A DNA stretch of 64,000 bases from Balanoglossus misakiensis (taxonomy: Eukaryota; Animalia; Hemichordata), in NCBI GenBank assembly GCA_040954595.2, contig CM082584.2, forward strand, positions 13,695,337 to 13,759,336, in the 5' to 3' direction. Position 1 is the stretch's first letter. The number at the start of each line of letters is the position of its first letter. This document shows, piece after piece, positions 49,325-61,700 of this stretch. The notes under the pieces are model-generated. The model did no database searches. It saw only the letters and a program-made list of their open reading frames with translations, and was not told the DNA's origin. A program made the translations under genes and the position numbers.

Positions 49325-50472
49325 AGTGGAACGTTGTGATCCGTTTTTGAGCCAATTCTGCGAAATGCGATTAAAAAGTACTATGAAAAACGTTGGTTTC
49401 ATTCACTTTCACTTACGCATAACAGAGCTACAGCCAGCCAAAAACTGCGCGAACCCGGAAGTGAGTGACGTCAGCAACTGTTGTCCGCTGCCGACGCGTT
49501 GGAGCGAGCTTATGCTTATACACGCCTGCACTCACGCGACCGACGACGTTAGCATGGCAACATATTCTCGGGTAGTAGGCTACAATTTTGAACCAGAGAT
49601 TCCCTTCTACGACCAAGCGACTGAATTTTACAGAGGACAAAAGTTCATGCAGTTCTGATCTCCGATGTGTCCGTTTGTCAAGGCTTACACTTGGTGTGGT
49701 TTCAGTGAAACCATAGACCCTAGAGTCTATGGTGAAACAGACAATGCTGCAATTAAACAATACCCTCCCTCCTTGTCTCTCCCTCGTTGTCACCTTTTCG
49801 AACCACTTTTCTTACAAAAATACTTAGTCACCTTTTATGGAGTTGAAAAGAACGCAGGTGCATCGTCCTGCTCTCCAGGTGTAGTACGTCCGTAGTATAA
49901 TGGAAGCCAATACTATAGTTATTGTATGCATGTTTCGTCTCTTGAAATGTATTAAAACTGCCCTTTTTAGTTGCTTTCATTTGATAACTATGCGATCGTC
50001 AATAAATGGAAATTAAACCCAAATACGTGTACCAAAAAACGTGCAGGAAGGATTTAAAACGGTACGTTTATTATTATCAGCGGCAGTTAGAACAACTTTG
50101 TATAGGCCTTACGGTTTGTTCATAAACGTCGACATGCATGGCATCATGGACATTGCAGGGTCTATGTCTGCACGCATCGACAAATACAATACACGAAGAG
50201 CATTGCCTTTGAAAGAAACTTATCCCCGTCGATTTTCCGAATATGTTTTTAAAATCATGAACTTGACATTTCGCCATGTCAGATCCGCGCAAAATGTGTC
50301 TGTTTATTGGAAATGACACGTCGAACGTGTTAGTTGCTGACGTCACTGTAGTATTTTCAACGCGCGTCTTCTGCTTGCGCAGGAAGTGAAAGTGAATTAA
50401 CCCATCGGAACGTTGCCGTTTTTGACACCCGGTTTGTACTTTGAAGCCCAAAATTGAGGGTGTCGTTCCACT
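49325..50472. mobile_element. Non-autonomous Kolobok-like DNA transposon, 1148 bp, TTAA TSD
   Basis: TTAA|AGTGGAACG...CGTTCCACT|TTAA; perfect 16-bp subterminal inverted repeat AGTGACGTCAGCAACT (49464-49479 / 50332-50347); CpG-rich relative to flanks. Confidence 0.75.
49705..49738. mobile_element. 20-bp palindromic insertion with perfect 7-bp TSD (P-element-like footprint) nested in the Kolobok-like element
   Basis: GTGAAAC|CATAGACCCTAGAGTCTATG|GTGAAAC. Confidence 0.75.
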
Positions 50473-51035
50473 TTAACTATTCTCGACTTTGTATTTCAAA
50501 GATTTGACACAATTTGACATTTACCCGTGATCATTATTAGATATTATTAATATTCTCTCCATTCTGTATCAATGTTTCAGTAAAACCATACATTAATAAT
50601 AAAACATTCATGGTTTGATAAAGAAACATTAGAATAAAAAAGTAATTAATAGTAATTTAGCTAATATGACAAGTCATTAAATATGCAATTAAAAAGTCAT
50701 TAGGTTGCCGAGATTACGTGTACATGTAGTTGGTGAAACCGATAACAAGTGACTAATTATAAGTTATGTTGTGTTTGCCAAAGTAATCAGGAGATTGTTT
50801 TGTTATCGATACTTACTTTGGGAATTATACAGAATAAAATGAAAAATGAACTGTCTATTTGTAATCCTGAAGATAATTGGTGGTTCACATATGGGATTTA
50901 AAAGTTTTTCATTTCTGCCTTACATGTATATTTTGTTCTCCTTTTACTTTTGAATTCTCCTATATTGATATTATCATTTAGCCAGCTGTATTTTGTACTG
51001 ATGAGACAACAACTCAGTACATGTAGGTCCATTTA

Positions 51036-51209
51036 CAGTTAAACATGTCTAAACCAAACAGCGAAGGGACTAAAGAAATTGTTCGGTTTGCAGAGGTGTT
51101 CGGTTTATAGACGTTCTTTTTAACGTGTGGTTCTGTGTAAAGGGGACTGGAAAAGGTGTTCGGTATAGACAGGTTTCCAGATTATACAGGTTTCAGTTTA
51201 GACAGGTTT
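51036..51209. mobile_element. Tc1/mariner-pogo-type MITE remnant
   Basis: TA|CAGTTAAACATGTCTAAAC at left, GTTTAGACAGGTTT at right (end truncated), internal GTTCGGTTT/ACAGGTTT subrepeats. Confidence 0.6.
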
Positions 51210-54200
51210 GTGAAATTTCCCACAGGAACATACAGTATAGTCAAATACACAAAGATGTTTCAGTGTTTCAGACTTTAAGTTTAATTAGAAATTTATGTCT
51301 ACAGGAGCTGTGCATTTGATGTTACCACTGTGAGCTCAAATTTGGAAGAGTACTTTTAGGAATTGGTTGACAAGACAATTAAAGTAAAGTGCCAGCCCTT
51401 TAAATGTCTTGCAAGTCAGTTTATGCAATTATTTCAGTATTAGTTGTGCACAATCACTCAGGGAGGTTTTTTCCTATTCAAAACCAGACTGCATAATAGT
51501 CATAGACATGTATGTGTGTATCAGTATACATAGATTATAATCATGCCTCTCATCAAAAGGGCTGTTGTAAATTCTGCAAAGATCTGTTACATTTTGGGGG
51601 AAATTATAAAATATTCATTTCAAAAGAGATAAAACTTCTCTCACCAACTTCCTGTCCATATTTTGATATGGGTCTCGTGTGTTGTTGCTGATTTTCCTGT
51701 AAAAAAATTGTTACTTTAGCTTTGCATCTTTCATTAGCGCTAATGCAAAAGGTAGGATGTGGAGTGCAACCTGTGGGCATATTATGGTTGGGGAAATTAA
51801 ATAGCCAATCATATCACTCTCTTTCAGTTCATAAAAATACTGCTCGGGTGCGTTTCCTCGTAACCCACCGCAAAACGCTGAACAGTTAACCGTCAGGCAC
51901 GATGTCTATTGGTCATGATTTCATTATTGATAATCGAACTATATGCTTAGTGTATTATCGCCAAAGAGAAAAAAGAATATTGTCGGTTTAATATTGAAAA
52001 TTTTATCTCCCCATAAAATCTGTTCCCTCCAGGCATGTGTGAATTAATAATGGATATTGTAGCACCAGTAACCTGATTAAAATATGTTGAAGACAGCCTT
52101 TTAAAGGCTAGGAAGAAGGGACAACTCACAGTACAGATTGCTCAGTATGAAAAATATAAAACATTGTTGATGGTATAGACTGTTAACCAGAAGCTTGATC
52201 TGTGTGTGGCTTCACAGTATGGTGTGTGTGCTTTTGTAGAATCCTATCATTTGGTCATCACTTTTCCCATGATGCTTTGCTGGAGTACTTGTGTTGTCCA
52301 CGCTTGCTGTGATGGCTTGCTAGATTGATTTTCAAATACACAGTATGTTTGTTCAAATAAAAAATCAAAATTGATGACACTGCATACATTGTATACCCCA
52401 CGATAGCTGGCAATACTGCCTACCTGTTGACCATCATTTATGTCATAATATTCGGCAGTTCTTCAACAGGGAGCTATCTTGTTGAGTGTAATGTAAACCT
52501 GGCTGAGATTTTCAGCAAAGTAATTAGTCACATGTTTATAATCCTCCATACATGTAGAATTTTTTTGCTATATTGAAGTTGCTGACAAGACTAGGTACTT
52601 GTACAATAGGCTTATGTATCAGCCTGAATATTTGGCCTAGAATTGGCGCTGTAATTCCAGTTGCCAACCAATAAAATAAGTACTTTATATAAATCTTAAT
52701 ATCCAGATTACAGTCTAGTGTTACTTTCAACAAATCATGTCTGGTTGGCTATTAATGAGAAAAACTTCAGCTTTCTGATTGGGTGAGTGATTAATGCAAA
52801 GAGAAATTTTGTACAATATCATAACTTTAACAGTACAAATGCCTTCATTAAGTCTCCACCAGAATATATGTTCTGTAGTTTACATTTAGCTAGTATGCGC
52901 GATACACTCGTCTAATCCCTTTCATGGCCATTACTCGTAATGAATGCTTTTATACAGAACACCTACACGCGCGGAATCCTTCAAAAACACACTGATTAAG
53001 GCTAGAATCTCAGTTTTCTATTGAATGTGGATACGCTGCCACAAAAGACACTGCAATGTGGAGGGTGGGACATTAATTTTGTATTGTCCGCCATCGGGTG
53101 CCAAAGTAGCTCTCAAGCCAGTCAGCAATATAGCGAGAGCTCTCTCGTTTGAACTTGCTTGTGCGGTCTGAATGGCAGTGTGCGGTGTTGGTATTGATGC
53201 GGCATTGTCAGTCGTCATGTATGTGGTGCTCCTTTGTAAACGCTTTAATTTGGGAGGACTGTTCTGTTTTCCTGCCAGACGTGCCGTTCCACAATGCAGT
53301 CTGTCATGATATTCTCTCCTTGAGGGGGCAATCACACTGAGCCATCAAAAATGATGCACGTCACACGCAATATGTTAAATGAAGGAGATACGTCCTTCAC
53401 AAAAAAATATGCAACCGACCAACAAAAGGAATCTTTTCAGAGTGAACAGCGAAAATAGAAAAAAGTCTTTTGGAGGAGTCAGTTTATTGAGCAGCCGAAG
53501 GAGACGAACATTTCTTGCAGAATGTTGTGAAGACGGTGATACTGGTTCTACATTTTTTCCCCTGGAATTTTTCCCGTAATTGCTCATGCTCGATTACAGC
53601 TGTTCACTTTCTTTTCTTGGTCATGAAGTTGATTACTGCGATAAACACGTGGAACTTTGCAACTTGTGGCATCTTTTTTAAAATTTCCACTTCATATACT
53701 TTGTATGACATTTTCAGGAGTGAATAAGAGCCGGAAAGTAATAGCAGGAAAAATATCGCTGATAACATTGATTAGCGTTCGTGATTAAGTTTAAATACTG
53801 ACGTGAGGCAAATTGCGCAAAATGCGTAATCTTCCTCAATTCGCAACAAAAGCCCACACATTATACATCTCTATGAATTCAATGGCAGGCTAAACTGGTA
53901 AACACCCTGCCGAGACAAAAGTGAATTACTCTCCTTTCTGTTCATTTTCTACTAATGATCACATCTATTGAAGGTCTCATTTTCCGGGCTCTTTCCCGTT
54001 TCCAGGCAGCCCAGGCGTTGGAAGGGGCCAAGCCACACGTAATAGATCGTACAACTTGGCAATTTTCACAGCAGTGCTAACGGTTCAAGCAACCTTGTTA
54101 ATGCAGTTGTAGAAAAGGCAACTGGCTTGAATTCCAAGTGCAAATAGGCGCAGAGAACTTCCTGCAAACACATTAGTATCTCATGCTAATTACATCGTTA

Positions 54201-56164
54201 TAGTTCTTGGTTAACAGGCTCTATAATGATTCTACAGGATGTGCATCCTTACGTTTAATTTGCCAAATTTGAATGGCCTTCTCTTTATCATCACTGTCGC
54301 AGTATTGTGTTCACGGCCGTGGAATCTTTCTTCTCGGACAAGAAGCCTCTGACGATAATATCAATTTGCTTTCATTTTCCTCTTCCGACTTGTTGGTACA
54401 TGAGCATGAAAAGTCAAAATAACACTTTGTCGGGCTGCACCGTTGAAGGAACAGGGCGCAATTTGCGATCAATTATCCTGGCGTCATGCTGGAGTTTTTC
54501 CCCCGCTTTCAACAGTTTATTTTTTTCCATACACATGTAGCATGTAACTGTGCTTGGTGCGACATGTACATGTAGGAGGTACAATGAACCATACTTCATT
54601 TGGAGCGCTGTGGTTTTCTGAAAACGTCATCTGATTTCTCTCGGTCTATGTGTATGAGGTGTAACTGCAGATGTGATTTGCTGGTGCTGTGTTGCCTACC
54701 AGATGGTCAGGGAGGTCGGCTGAATTGCACAAGGATACGATCGCCTGTTGAGATAATCACCAGTTTTTCCCATTATACACAATTTATTTGTGTATTTTCT
54801 TTGTGAGAGTTTTTTACATGTATGCTGTTCTGCTGGATTCAAACAGAGATTTTTTTGATGTCTTGACTTAAAATTTTCCCTGCGTTTGTAGAATTAAGCA
54901 AAAGAAATCCTTCCAGAAATTGTAAAATAGAGCATCGGCAGTCAAAAATACAACAAACCAACACATAGAATATGCAGATTACATTGTAGTCTTTGTAATG
55001 TGGTTCATTCCAAAATAAAGCATGACATTTTTCAAACTCCCAGAATATGGCATTTTCTCTCAAAATATTGTCAATAATCCTGACATTTAGGTGATATTTG
55101 TATATTGGATTTTCTTAAATCCTGATCAAAAATTGTCAATAAAACTCAGTGTGTATGGATTTTATAGGCATGTCTTGTGTGTTGTGACAGAGACTGTAAT
55201 GTTAAAGGGTGGTACAATTATAGAACTGATGAGGTTTATTTGACTATGATCATATTTGAAGTTTTTCATATTTTGATGATAAATATTTAAAACTGCAAAA
55301 TAGCCTGCAGTGTAGTCTCTATTACCCGCGCCATCAATTGCGATGTTTGTTTTGACACCTCCAAAGTGGAGATTGTGAATGAGAAATTGAGGAACCCGGA
55401 ACAACCCTCAAAGAGATCCAACATCATTACGCTAAGTGAAGTCAGCAAGAAAAGAAAAAAAGTTGTTTCAGACGTTGGCATGGCAAAATTGGAGAGAAGA
55501 TAAGTGGACAAATTGATTGGATTTGGTGTTCAGAACTCGGATGTAATCAAGCTAATCTTGGTATGGAGGATGAGGGATTTTATTAAGTGGACGTAAAGTT
55601 GTGTCTATTGACAGCTGCACTCAATGGGCACGGTGAGTCAACCACCTCTCGGATCAATACGCCTGCTTCTCAATTCCTCGCCTATCAATAATCCCGGAAT
55701 CCAGATCACCTTCGTGACAGAATCTCCATTCTTCCCGAGGTCAAGCAGCTGGATTTAATTCTTTCGGAAGAAAATGTATCATTTTACTAAAGATCTTTTT
55801 TTTCTTTCTCGCGTTTTGCCAGTTGTTGTGAAACTGGTTATTAAGCAGACGATCCACTGTAACAACCCAGGAGGTTTCACTGACAATTAACAGGCGCAAA
55901 ATGATTTCATTGATGTTGAATTTATTTTTTCTGGATGAATTTGAGATTTGTAGCTTTTCACCTGGACTTGCACAACAGCTCAGCAAGCCATGTGAATAAA
56001 CCATTAAAATGGTCCATTTTACAACTTTTTGCCTTTACTATTGATAGTTTTTTTATGCATTCATTCATCCTTTGAGCGTAATGCATTTGCTCAACATCAG
56101 TCCATGATCAGGTACTATTCAGGGCCTTGCTATTGAATGAATCCCTGAAGTCATTGAATGATAG

Positions 56165-56685
56165 TGATTTGACATTATTCAGGGATATATCATCTGATAT
56201 CATCATTATCATTTGTTAATTCAACATCATTTGATCTCCAGAATCAGTGCATTAGAGATGCTATGACATCATTTAGTGACATTCTGACATCAGGCCATTC
56301 TTTGACATCACACAGTGATGCTAAAAGCACCCGTCTGACATAGTGATGGTGTGATATTATTCAGCGATGCTACTCGTTTTTCACGTGAACTTGCTTCAGT
56401 AATGCTCTGACATCACACAGTCCCATGCAGAGATGCTGTGACATCACACGTCTCCAGTTAATGATTCTCTGACTTCACCCAATCCCATACATTTGTAAAT
56501 ACACTGTATACAGTGATTATTTGGACATCACAAAATCCCACACAATAGTGCTGTGGCATCACAAAATTTCTGCTGCGCCACAATCCCATACGATCTCAAA
56601 CACTTTCGCTCTGATATCACACAGGTAATCCCATTGCGCAGAAACATGCTCCCGATCATCAAACCATAATCTGACATTACAGGGT
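56165..56685. repeat. Degenerate minisatellite of TGACATCA(CAC) units
   Basis: About 15 irregularly spaced TGACATCA-like cores. Confidence 0.6.
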
Positions 56686-57667
56686 GATCAGACCCTGGCG
56701 TCTCAGATATATGATGCCCCGCCGAGCGTGTCAAGATGCACAACTGAAACATTTCAGCAGTGAATAATCTACCCGATGATTTATGACTCTTATTTCTTTC
56801 AAATCATGAAAGTAAGAGAAGAGGTACCCCTAAAGGCAATAGATCATCTTGCCACTAGTAACGCCGCTGTCCGCAACATTTTTTATGACTTCACTGGGGA
56901 ATCAACTGGCCCACAATGGTCACACTACTATTTCATCCACAATAATGAAAACTATCTTTATAAGAGAGTTTGTAATATTCTTTGAATTAAAACGACTTTG
57001 AAATTTATGGGACCCTGTACCCACTCTTACATGTACTTACTTACAGAGAAGCTGTGTTTCCCTCAGTCATCGTTCTACAGTAATATAATCCATTCATGTT
57101 CAAAAAAATCAATAAACTATGAATATATTCTTTTTATGTGTTGTGTTGTGTTGGTATGGCACCCATAAATTACAATTTTACGTATATGAAAACAAAAATC
57201 TGAAGTGATTGTAAATGTTTGATGGTAAGAGTTCACCTGGTGAAAGGGTGTCCCTTGCAAACTCAAAACCAAAATGTGCCGAGATGAGAAGCACAAACAT
57301 TTGTAATCCATCAAAGCAGATTTTAATAATTTGGTGAATTCTGCTGCTGTGGGGCTGATACTTGTGATGCCATGATGGTGCCAGCATGAAAATAAATAAA
57401 GATCTTAGAGGATCTTGGAGGCATGGACTGCTGACCCTAAAGTTCTACCCTCCACAAATCTTGTTGTTGCACTGAAGGCACAAGCTGGACTTGAAGGCAT
57501 ATAGCTAACCTCAAATTGAAATACAGATAAAGATTAATTTATTGTGGTGCATGTGTGCATATTGATCTTCTTGGGAGGAATATGGGATGTACTTTCCATG
57601 TTGATCCACAGATGAAATAAATAAGTGGAAATCTGTTTTGGTTTCTTATGTATGGGATATGTCCAAT

Positions 57668-58005
57668 GTAGATGGATGGATGGATGGATGGATAGATAGA
57701 CGAATAGCTACGTAGATAGATACTAAGGTAGATTATATAGAGACATAGATAGATAAATAAATAGATCAATGGATCAATAGCTAAATAGTAGTACATGTAC
57801 ATGTAGGCTAGCTAGCTATGTAGATAGATAGATGATACATGTAGATAATGTAGATAGATAAATGGATGGATGGATGGATGGATGGATGAATGAATGGATG
57901 GCTAGATAGAGATACTGTAGATTATGCAAGTGTGTGGATGGATGGAGATTGATGGAAAGGGGATGGATAGACAGATATACTGACTGGCTGACTAGAGAGA
58001 TAGAC
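57668..58005. repeat. Degenerate (GATG)n/(GATA)n compound microsatellite
   Basis: Runs of gatggatggatg and gatagataga. Confidence 0.85.
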
Positions 58006-58613
58006 ATGCAGTATTTATTATTTTGTATAATGCCTGTTACATTAGAAAGTCTGAGTTATTATGAATTTCTTCAGAAATGATGTTTCACCAGTGTGAAGAG
58101 ACGCTTAACGTGGATGACGCCAGTTTGGTTGTAGGGTTAATTGAGGTGGACGCTGGGAAGATCGGAACCACTTTGCTTATTACAAATATTCACCTGTCAT
58201 GGTTTCTATCTTGGAGAGTGTTACCACAATTAATATGAGTGTGCAGTATCAATGTTAAGTGTGTACATAAACCAAATTCTGCCAAGTCCCCAGCAGATTG
58301 TTTGATCATTACAGTTGATAAATGTTTGCAATTTCAGTGGTAATTACATGTAAGTGTGCACATAAAACAAGTTTCTCGTGTGTCAAGTTAAATTTCTGTA
58401 CTTGTGTGTGTTTGATGGAATTCCTGTCTGGGAGTTTGAGTAATTTGAAACAAAAAAGTATGGACATTCTGTTCTTTACATCGGCATTCAGAGTCAGCCA
58501 TGCTATTAAACTTCAAGTCAAAGATGTAAAATTTCTTGAATCTTAAGTCTTTGACTATAATATAAATATTTTCTTACAACTGTCAATAACTGACTTTTTT
58601 TTCTTCTTTGCAG

Positions 58614-58788
58614 AGCTTCAACTTTTGAGGAGGAAACCCAACCCTGCAGCGGCATGCAAGTCATATTAATATTGAATAGTGGAGAGTTAGTGCTTGTTCT
58701 GTAGCATCAGCTGCTGGTTTATCTGTCCGAGTGAAAGGCAACATCAACGCCAATCATTTCCTGAGCTTCTGCCTGATTTTTGGGGAAG
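58614..58788 (+). other. Probable internal non-coding (5' UTR or lncRNA) exon, 175 nt
   Basis: Branch-like CTGAC, long T/C tract and TGCAG acceptor; donor AAG|gtgagt; stops in all three frames. Confidence 0.6.
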
Positions 58789-61700
58789 GTGAGTGTGATC
58801 TTTCACTTCCTGGTTGATTGTGTGTGTGACTAGATTTGATATAAATTGGGGACTGATAAGGGAGTGTGTATGGCACCACTGTACACAGCTTTTCTGCTTG
58901 GGAGGCCTTGCTGTTTCAAATATCAAAATATTACCATAAGTTATGTTTGGGCTGTATGTTTTTCAAACTCAAGTTTCTCGCTGTTGTGGTGCGATTGTGT
59001 GATTCGTATGATGTATTGTTTTCTTCCTTATCAAGAGACACAATGATAAGTGCCAATCAGAACGCATTTATATAAGCTAAAGAAAGAATGAACAAGAAAC
59101 AGAATAAAGGAATGAAAAGCACCCCATGCATACTCAAATAAAATGCATTTTTATTAAACTGCACAATATTGCTTATTAAAAAGCCACATTCAAACCAAAC
59201 ACCCCCACAACTTGACATAGAATGGTTCATTTTTATGTCGAAAACAATTGGTGGTTGTTCAAAAGCTGGCTGGAGGGTCCAGGGGGTGACAAGGTTAAAC
59301 AAATGTTGAATGTTGTAGGAAAGCAGTATACTTGATATGACTGCTTGCAGCCCGTTTGATTGATATGCAAAAAAAACCCTGCCAGCTATACTTCCAAAAT
59401 GTTGTCCTACATGTATTTTTGAGCGATTGGGGTATCAGATGTTGAAACAAAAGACAGCAAGGGGAGGGGGAGACAATACACTTAATGGTGTCCACTGAAC
59501 CAGATAATAAAACCCAATTAGAGAAACTTGTATGAGCCCACTCGAACCCACCTGATACCCGACCCCAGTACCTTAGAATTGTGCGTATCACTTGGGCTAA
59601 TATTCTGTGTACAAACGGGTCCCCTCTGCAACAGTTTTGCAGATTTTGTTTAATATTACATGTGTGTTCTGGAAGAATGATGAGAATAAATTCTCTTGAT
59701 AGCCTGAGATTAAACCTATTTTTGAGAAGCAGATGTTTATCAGAATAAGTGAATTGCGCTATCAGTCTTCAAAACTACAATTCCATGTTTTAATGTATTT
59801 GTACCATTACAAAGGTAACTTCAATTTCTTACCCTATCAGAACATATACGAGAGCCATCAGGTTTGTTTGTGACAGAAGGCTGGCATATTCAGTGTACAT
59901 TGTGTTTGTACTAAAGTGCTATGAAGATAATGTGAAAAATAACTCAATGCATACGTAAAAAATGAACTTCTGTGCACCTCAAATTCCATCCGCGTTACTC
60001 TCCTAAATGTGCATCTGCAAGTGCAAAACAAAAATCACTGAAAGACATAGAGATCCAGCTGAAGATCTGAGTGAAAATTTTCTCAGGGAGGATTGAAATA
60101 GGGCTGATTCCCCACCAAATGAAGGAATTTACGGATTTCTCCTACATGCTTGTTTAATTAGCCATGACTCCTAACGTTAATGTAATGAGTAATCTCACAT
60201 TGATGTATAACTCCACTTCCAGGCCTGATTCATCAGGCTGAGGACTATTTTGCAACAAAAAGCGAATAAAATTTACACCTAGCGAGGAACTACCCTGGGA
60301 ATTAGCCACTCTGTTCTGAAGATGGAATGCAAATCAAAGTTTTCTTTTTAACCGAGGATAAATGGTACTTTGGTTGCACGCAACATGCGGTAAGGGTGCA
60401 ATTACTCTGCAGCCTCAGTCACATGATTTTCACAACAAATAAGATCCAATTTCCCAGCGCATCAGTTATAACATTCTCACGGCTTTTCAAACATCAGTGT
60501 CTGTAATTCTGCTGCATCTCTCCCTACCCCCAGTAGGATTGATGATGAAAAATTAATCACTTTTGCCCGTTCCTTTTATTAAAGCGGGATGCGTCTTCGA
60601 TAATCGCGGGGACATGGAAATTTGGTTTGGGGTTAAAAATTCAGGAAGTCGGAAACAAGAATTTGATGTGGTGAATCATACAGTAGCTAAAACTCAAAGA
60701 TGAGGAAAAGAACAAAAGCGATGGTATCATCTTACGGAACAATAGACGGCAGATCAGGTTGCCCCATCGCTCAGAAGATTAATTGATTTCCTTTCATCCC
60801 AGAGGAGATAAAGTGCAGAGTTTTCTTTTGTCTTGAATTTAGAATCAGATCTTCAGCGTATCCAGGTCTCTCTCTGCAATCTTATTCTTTCATCTTGTAT
60901 CACTTTTTTAGTATATGTCTATGGGTTGGAATTTCCCCTCGCTCTGCCCGCCTGAATTTATTTCAAAAGTATCACCCTCCATTATAGTTATACATGTGCT
61001 GTATTAAACCTCCCGGAGTCCAGGGATGGGGTGGAGGATGGGTGGCTAGGTAGGTGGGAGGTGGTGTAGCAATCTCATGGCTGTATTATGTGTATATATA
61101 CTCACAGTGCATGTTTGACAAAAAGTGCCTACCTTCAAGTGAAGCAATTTATTCCTCTCGTCTCTTTCATTTTGTAGTTTGAGAAAGGAAAAAAGCATCA
61201 TATTGACTGAGTCAGTGGTCTCTCGTCTGTGTGTATGCTGAGATTTTAATGTAAGAGTTATAATTCCAGTGCTCAGGGTGTAACGACTGAACATACCATC
61301 AAACGGTCTTTGTCGGTATTTCTAATCCAAGATAAATATGCATCGTAAGGATGGTATTTAAGGCATTACATTTTCTAAATGATATAAAATTTGTGGGCCT
61401 TTGAGCAAGATATCTTAATGAAGAGATTATTGGTGTTTTGATCAAATATGTACATGTACATGTAACATGTTGCGTAAGTCTTTGAAACCTGGGGAGTTTT
61501 CTCTATTGCAGTGTGTATTAAAGCTGTAATGTCTCCAAAATTAAGTGGTGGGTGTTCATGTTGAGTGTACCCAAACTGTCAAATTGATTTTTCAATCAGA
61601 TGCATGCTTTTCGAGATACGATATTTGTGTTGAGAGTGTCCAAATGACTTGTGTCCAAAGTGTCGCCCAGTTATTGCATTCACTGTGAAAAACAACAACA

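Noticed and set aside
50144-50166. CATGGAC..GTCTATG, a possible fourth P-like footprint
   Set aside because: Flanks do not form a 7-bp duplication
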